This document shows positions 59,040-64,000 of a stretch of 64,000 bases of DNA, piece after piece (within the stretch, counting starts at the first letter, position 1; the number at the start of each line of letters is the position of its first letter). Location of the stretch: assembly GCA_016124735.1 (NCBI GenBank), contig WGMZ01000031.1:121992-185991 (forward strand), read 5' to 3'. The position numbers and the translations under genes were made by a program. The notes beneath the pieces were generated by a model. The model did not search any database. It had not been told where the DNA came from and worked only from the letters and a program-made list of their open reading frames with translations. Source of the stretch: Bacteroidota bacterium (GTDB lineage: Bacteria; Bacteroidota; Bacteroidia; UBA8524).

Positions 59040-60953
59040 ATGATCCCTAAACACATCGTCGACGAAATCATGGCCACCGCCCGTATTGAGGAGGTAATCG
59101 GCGATTTTGTGGCGTTGAAAAAATCGGGATCCGACCTCAAAGCATTGAGTCCGTTTAGTCAGGAGAAGACGCCTTCTTTCTACGTCTCCCCTAACAAGCA
59201 AATCTTTAAGGACTTTAGTTCGGGCAAGGGAGGCAACGTGGTGACCTTCCTGATGGAGCACGAGCAAATCAACTATCCGGAGGCGCTACGTTTTCTGGCC
59301 AAAAAATACGGCATCACCATTCCGGAAGAAAAGGAAGTTACCCCGGAGGAGATACAGGAAGCCAACGAAAAGGAAAGTCTGTATATCGTGTTGCAATATG
59401 CGCACGACTTCTACCGCGACCAATTGGAAAATACCGAAGAAGGAAAAGCCATCGGCAAAAGCTATTTTCTCGAACGCGGTTTCCGGAATGAAACAATAGA
59501 GAAATTTGGATTAGGATTCTCTCAAGCCCAATGGGATGCGTTCAGCGCCGATGCGCTGGCAAAAGGCTTCAAGTCTGAATTTCTGGAGATTGCCGGTCTC
59601 AGCAAAGTGAATGAAGCGGGTAAGCGTTACGATATGTTCCGTAACCGTGTCATCTTCCCCATCCACAACCTGGTGGGCAAGGTGGTGGCTTTTGCCGGAA
59701 GACAATTAAGCAAGGAAGACAAGGGCCCCAAATACCTGAACTCACCGGAAACGCCGGTTTACCATAAAAGCGATATCCTGTATGGAATGTTCTTCGCCAA
59801 GAACATGATCCGGATGAAGGACAAATGTTTTCTGGTGGAAGGCTATACCGACGTCATCACCCTGAATCAATCGGGAATTGAAAATGTGGTGGCTTCATCC
59901 GGCACCTCATTGACGGAAGGCCAAATCCGACAGATACGCCGATTTACGCCGAACATCACTGTTTTGTATGATGGAGACCCTGCCGGATTAAAAGCGTCTC
60001 AACGCGGTATCGACCTGATTCTGGCCCAGGGTATGAATGTACGTCTGGTCATCTTCCCGGATGGAGAAGATCCGGATTCTTATTGTCAGAAAGTAGGCGG
60101 ACAGGAGTTCGAAGCCTATATCGAAGAGCACGAACAGGATTTCATCCTCTTCAAATCCCAATTACTCTTTGGAGAAAGTGGCAAAGACCCGCTAAAAAAG
60201 GCCGAAGCCATAAAAAGTATTGTGGCCAGTATTGCGCTCATCCCCGACCCGGTTACCCGAACAGTTTTTGCGCAGGAATGTGCGAAAATCATGGAGGTCC
60301 CAGAGCAGGTCATTGCCGCCGAACTGGGAAAATCCCGTCGAAAAGAACTGGATGAAAGCACGCGGAAGAATCTGGAAGCGGCGCAAATAGCCGAACAAAT
60401 TGCTGCGGAGGAAGAGGTGGTATCGCACCTTACCGAAACGGATAAACAAGAACAGCAGATTCTCAAACTCCTGATCCGGCATGCCAGCGATGCCTACGAC
60501 GAAGAGCGATCCGTTGCCCGCTTTGTCTTGGATGAAATTGATGAAGGCATGGATTTTCGCAATCCCCTGTATCAGCGTATCCTTGCCGAAGCACGTGAAG
60601 TCATCGATAAGGGAGAAGCCCTTGATGCGAGCTATTTTGTGCAACATCCTGACCCACAGGTAAACGGTTTCGCGGCCGATGTGCTGCAGGACCGCTACCG
60701 TGCGAGCGATCGCTGGAGAGAGATTCATGAAATCAGTCTGATACATGAGGATGAAAATTTTAAGCCGGATGTTTTTAGTGCGATTCTTCATTATAAAATT
60801 CGTCGGGTAGAAACGGCCATCGAAGCCAACCAGGAAGAGCTGAAAGACGCTTCGGAAGATGAAGCCATCGATCTGCTGATGCAGAAACAACTCTACCTGA
60901 TTGGATTGCGCAAGGCGCTTTCTGAGTTGATTGGGGCGACGATAATTAAGTAG
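59040..60953 (+). CDS. dnaG: DNA primase
   Basis: EKTPSF, KYLNSPET, VEGYTDV TOPRIM, YDGD, DPD; start at MIPKHIVDEI. Confidence 0.97.
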   Translation: MIPKHIVDEIMATARIEEVIGDFVALKKSGSDLKALSPFSQEKTPSFYVSPNKQIFKDFSSGKGGNVVTFLMEHEQINYPEALRFLAKKYGITIPEEKEVTPEEIQEANEKESLYIVLQYAHDFYRDQLENTEEGKAIGKSYFLERGFRNETIEKFGLGFSQAQWDAFSADALAKGFKSEFLEIAGLSKVNEAGKRYDMFRNRVIFPIHNLVGKVVAFAGRQLSKEDKGPKYLNSPETPVYHKSDILYGMFFAKNMIRMKDKCFLVEGYTDVITLNQSGIENVVASSGTSLTEGQIRQIRRFTPNITVLYDGDPAGLKASQRGIDLILAQGMNVRLVIFPDGEDPDSYCQKVGGQEFEAYIEEHEQDFILFKSQLLFGESGKDPLKKAEAIKSIVASIALIPDPVTRTVFAQECAKIMEVPEQVIAAELGKSRRKELDESTRKNLEAAQIAEQIAAEEEVVSHLTETDKQEQQILKLLIRHASDAYDEERSVARFVLDEIDEGMDFRNPLYQRILAEAREVIDKGEALDASYFVQHPDPQVNGFAADVLQDRYRASDRWREIHEISLIHEDENFKPDVFSAILHYKIRRVETAIEANQEELKDASEDEAIDLLMQKQLYLIGLRKALSELIGATIIK

Positions 60954-60967
60954 TTATTGTTTGGTTG

Positions 60968-61031
60968 TGTTCATTTTGCCTTGATGCTTCGACCTCGCTC
61001 AGCATAAATTCCAAATGAACCAAAAAATCAA
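60968..61031 (+). repeat. Dispersed 64-bp structured element, copy 2 (just after dnaG)
   Basis: 58/64 identical to 51249-51312. Confidence 0.85.
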
Positions 61032-61194
61032 GGCCAAAATATGCTTCCCCGCGCGCGATTTTTTTCTTTCCTTTTTTCTAAAAAAAATATGGAAAGAGAA
61101 TATGAACATCCGGAGTTTTCCAATTAAGAATTACCCGAAGGCATCCAATGGACAAAAAAATTAAATTGATCCCATTTAATATTCAGACTTCCAA

Positions 61195-61623
61195 CTACCC
61201 TTTGACAGGCACTTCGCAGTGATGCCCTTCTTCCCTTAAGGTCTTTTCAATCACTTCGCCGTCGATTAAGGCCCAATGCTCGGCAATCTTTCCATCGGCC
61301 AATCGGAACATCCTGAAACCGGGGCTTACCAGTTCCTTTTCACTGGCCGGAATTCCCCGCCACTCGCCGATATGGCGCAGGTTCATCTTTAATTTGACTA
61401 CAACTTTGTCTTCCTCACAGACCATGTCTTCGATGTGGGTTTCATGTTCGAAGGCTTTCCCTGTTGCCCGAACCCAGACTTTGAGTCCGTCGGCATCATT
61501 GCGCATGGCCGGAGGTAAGGAATGATCGATAAAATCGGGACAAACAAAGTGATCGAGACGATCGAGGTTTTGCTGATTCCATATTTCCTGAATGAAATCG
61601 GCGACGAATTGTTTTGTGTTCAT
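61195..61623 (-). CDS. SnoaL-like ester cyclase (NTF2 fold)
   Basis: FIDH, EEDKVV, HIGEWRGIPAS, DGKIAEHW. Confidence 0.88.
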   Translation of the reverse strand: MNTKQFVADFIQEIWNQQNLDRLDHFVCPDFIDHSLPPAMRNDADGLKVWVRATGKAFEHETHIEDMVCEEDKVVVKLKMNLRHIGEWRGIPASEKELVSPGFRMFRLADGKIAEHWALIDGEVIEKTLREEGHHCEVPVKG

Positions 61624-61672
61624 TTCTTTATGATTAATGGCACAAAGGTCTTGCAGTCCATTCAGGCGGACC

Positions 61673-61688
61673 TGCGTCAAAAGTCACA
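61673..61688 (-). promoter_or_regulatory. CRP-box-like site between the Crp/Fnr gene and the ester cyclase gene
   Basis: TGTGA-CTTTTG-ACGCA versus TGTGA-N6-TCACA; GACCTTTG -7-like element at 61643-61650. Confidence 0.5.
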
Positions 61689-61691
61689 AAA

Positions 61692-62261
61692 TCATTTCGC
61701 CCGGATTCGGCTCAGTGTTTCCCTGCTAATGCCCAGGTAGGAAGCCAGTTGGGTCAGTGAAACCCGTTGAAGCAAAGCCGGTTCCCTCTGTAAAAGTTTT
61801 TCATAGCGTTCTGTGGGACTCAATACCCGAAGATCAGTAGCACGCTGCTCTTGTTCGCTCAGGAGCTTCTGGAGAAATTTTCTGCCAAAGGCCTCAATCT
61901 CATGCGAACTTGAATAGGCCTGAAGTAAATCCACCTTTGGAATCCGGATGGCAATGCCTTTTTCGATGGCTATCAACGAATAGTCCGAAGGACTGCTGCG
62001 ACTCAAACTGGCAACATGGGTAAAGAAATCTCCTTCGAAGAAAAAGTCGAGATTGAATTCTTTGCCTTCTTTGTCCAGACTCGCTTTGCAACACCCTGCA
62101 TTCAGAAACCAGATATGCTCACAAACCGCCTCCTCTTTGAGCAGATAGTCGCCTTTTTGAAAAGTTAGCTCTTCACAAATCGAGGCAAGAATTTCCCAGG
62201 CTGAATCCGATAAGGGAGAGATTCCTTCGATGATTTGCCGGAGTTGATTGAAAGGAGGCAT
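61692..62261 (-). CDS. Crp/Fnr family transcriptional regulator
   Basis: cNMP-binding-like N-domain; LASYLGISRETLSRIR HTH. Confidence 0.93.
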   Translation of the reverse strand: MPPFNQLRQIIEGISPLSDSAWEILASICEELTFQKGDYLLKEEAVCEHIWFLNAGCCKASLDKEGKEFNLDFFFEGDFFTHVASLSRSSPSDYSLIAIEKGIAIRIPKVDLLQAYSSSHEIEAFGRKFLQKLLSEQEQRATDLRVLSPTERYEKLLQREPALLQRVSLTQLASYLGISRETLSRIRAK

Positions 62262-62369
62262 TGGTGCAAAAATAGGGAAGGTGAGGTTATTGAATCGCCT
62301 CTCTTGAAAACCGTATTTTGAGCTTAGGTACGAGAAGAACTTTTAAGCAGTTATGATAAATGCATTGCT

Positions 62370-62789
62370 CTAAAAGAGCGAATCCAATTCCAAATATTTT
62401 TCTTTCATCTGACTTAAGGCAAAGGCAGCTGCAGAGGCAGCAAAGACTGAGAAATCCAAAGGTGCCTTTATCCCGGTGGAAAATGCCATCGACAATCCGA
62501 AGAGCAATAAAAGAAAGCCACTCAATCGAGCAACCCATTCTGTTTTAAAGCCAAAGATGAGGAAAATGGCCAAAAGCACTTCAGCTGCTGTCGCAAGAAT
62601 TCCTGCAATCGAAATTAAAGATTCAGGCAGCCATGGATTGATGAGTTGGGTATAGGCCAGAAAATTTTCCCAATTACCCCATACCGAAACTTCCGTGCTC
62701 CACATTCCAAACCGATCGGCTACTGCGGATAAAAATCCAGCTGATAGTGCCAGCCGCAAAAAGAGTTTGATCAGGTGTTGTGCCTTCAT
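62370..62789 (-). CDS. DoxX family membrane protein
   Basis: LRLALSAGFLSAVADRFG, about 4 TM helices. Confidence 0.82.
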   Translation of the reverse strand: MKAQHLIKLFLRLALSAGFLSAVADRFGMWSTEVSVWGNWENFLAYTQLINPWLPESLISIAGILATAAEVLLAIFLIFGFKTEWVARLSGFLLLLFGLSMAFSTGIKAPLDFSVFAASAAAFALSQMKEKYLELDSLF

Positions 62790-62967
62790 CTTGGTCGCTG
62801 TTAGCGTTCAAAGAAAGGTATAGTCAAAAAGAGAGACAAGGGTTTTAGGTTTATTCACTCTTTCTCCTCTCTATTTCTGTTTATTGCACTCACGTACGTC
62901 TGAATCGCGGATTATTCAGCTTACGCCGATTTGTATTCGGAAACAGATTCTAACTATTCGCAAATAA

Positions 62968-63032
62968 AACCGCGACTCCGTTTGGCGCCAGCCAAAGCAA
63001 TTGCGACTCCGCGTTAAAAAATTTGAGCGAGC
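62968..63032 (-). repeat. Solo copy of the GxxExxY-associated repeat just after prfC
   Basis: Minus strand GCTCGCTCAAATTTTTTAACGCGGAGTCGCAA...CTGGCGCCAAACGGAGTCGCGGTT; aligns to 56821-56883. Confidence 0.85.
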
Positions 63033-63037
63033 AGATA

Positions 63038-64000
63038 CTAACGAACCGCGTAAATATCCACCGCCGTATCTTCCCGGTATTCTGAGGTGAAGTGGAACTT
63101 GATATCCGGAAATGCTTCGCCGGCCATCTTGAGTGCCCAGGCAGATTCGGCAAGGAAGACGGGGTTTTCGTCTTTGTCGCGGGCGATATTGCTGCCTTTT
63201 CTGAGGATGAATTCATCCAGCTTCTTTCTGTCGTCGCAGGAAATCCAGCAGGCTTTGTAGAGGTTCATGAACATAAAATCAGCTTTGGCGCCGTATTCGT
63301 GTTCGAGACGAAACTTGATGACGTCGAACTGCAGTTCGCCCACCGTTCCAATGATTTTTCTGTTCCCTGGTTGTTGTATAAACAACTGGGCTACGCCCTC
63401 TTCAGAAAGCTGTTGCACGCCCTTGTCGAGCTGTTTGGCTTTGAACGGATCCTTGTTGATGATCTCGCGGAAAATCTCCGGAGAGAAACTTGGGATTCCT
63501 TTGAAGTGCAGGTCCTCGCCCTCGGTAAGTACGTCGCCAATCTTGAAGTTGCCGCTATCGTATAAACCGATTACATCGCCCGGGTAAGCTTCTTCCAACA
63601 AGTTCTTCTCGTTGGCCATAAAGCTGGTTGGGTTCGCAAAACGCAGCTTCTTGTTTTGGCGAACATGGTGGTAAAAGGTATTACGTTCGAACTTACCTGA
63701 GCACACCCGCATAAAAGCGATGCGATCGCGGTGGTTCGGGTCGAGGTTGGCGTGGATCTTAAAAACAAAGCCGGAGAATTTGGGCTCGTTGGCCTTGATT
63801 TCTCTTTCTACCGCTTCCCTTTCCGTTGGTGCCGGAGCAATCTCAATAAAGGTATCCAGCATTTCCTGCACCCCGAAATTGTTGATGGCCGAACCAAAGA
63901 ATACCGGAGCCAGCAATCCATCCAAATAGGTAGATGACTCAAAGGGTTCGTAGACGCCTTCAATCAGTTCCACGTTCTCGCGGAGCTCATTGGCAAAGCG
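63038..64000 (-). CDS. prfC: Peptide chain release factor 3 (5' part outside window)
   Basis: [45 protein letters not shown]. Confidence 0.97.
   Translation of the reverse strand, partial: RFANELRENVELIEGVYEPFESSTYLDGLLAPVFFGSAINNFGVQEMLDTFIEIAPAPTEREAVEREIKANEPKFSGFVFKIHANLDPNHRDRIAFMRVCSGKFERNTFYHHVRQNKKLRFANPTSFMANEKNLLEEAYPGDVIGLYDSGNFKIGDVLTEGEDLHFKGIPSFSPEIFREIINKDPFKAKQLDKGVQQLSEEGVAQLFIQQPGNRKIIGTVGELQFDVIKFRLEHEYGAKADFMFMNLYKACWISCDDRKKLDEFILRKGSNIARDKDENPVFLAESAWALKMAGEAFPDIKFHFTSEYREDTAVDIYAVR

Noticed and set aside
62900..62950. CGCGGATT/CGCCGATT pair as another repeat family
   Set aside because: Only two short imperfect copies; could be chance.

Overview
A 64 kb chromosomal window from a Bacteroidota bacterium (porX, T9SS C-terminal domains, fused lpxC-fabZ, TAnnTTTG-type promoters). 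It is mostly housekeeping: rplM-rpsI-rpsB, gmd-fcl, rluD, fabG, ruvX-def, rbfA, pth, menI-menF, porX-tsaE, lpxD-lpxC/fabZ-lpxA, dnaG and a partial prfC, plus several T9SS cargo proteins and an ECF sigma/anti-sigma pair. I found no rRNA, tRNA, CRISPR array, phage or classical IS. The main signal is intergenic. Three unrelated small AT-rich genes each sit at a convergent gene junction inside their own repeat array: a four-helix-bundle (IVP/Avd-like) gene with inverted heptamer runs, a RAYT-type HUH transposase with REP doublets in ~216 bp direct repeats, and a GxxExxY PD-(D/E)xK nuclease with inverted arrays of a ~50-65 bp repeat. The heptamer and GxxExxY repeats also occur without their gene elsewhere in the window. 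Other candidates: a two-copy pseudoknot-like element, an orphan promoter/terminator sRNA upstream of rluD, a shared ECF-type promoter motif, an Ald paralogue lacking catalytic residues and a possible lipoprotein RidA. All calls come from reading motifs by eye; no database search was run.
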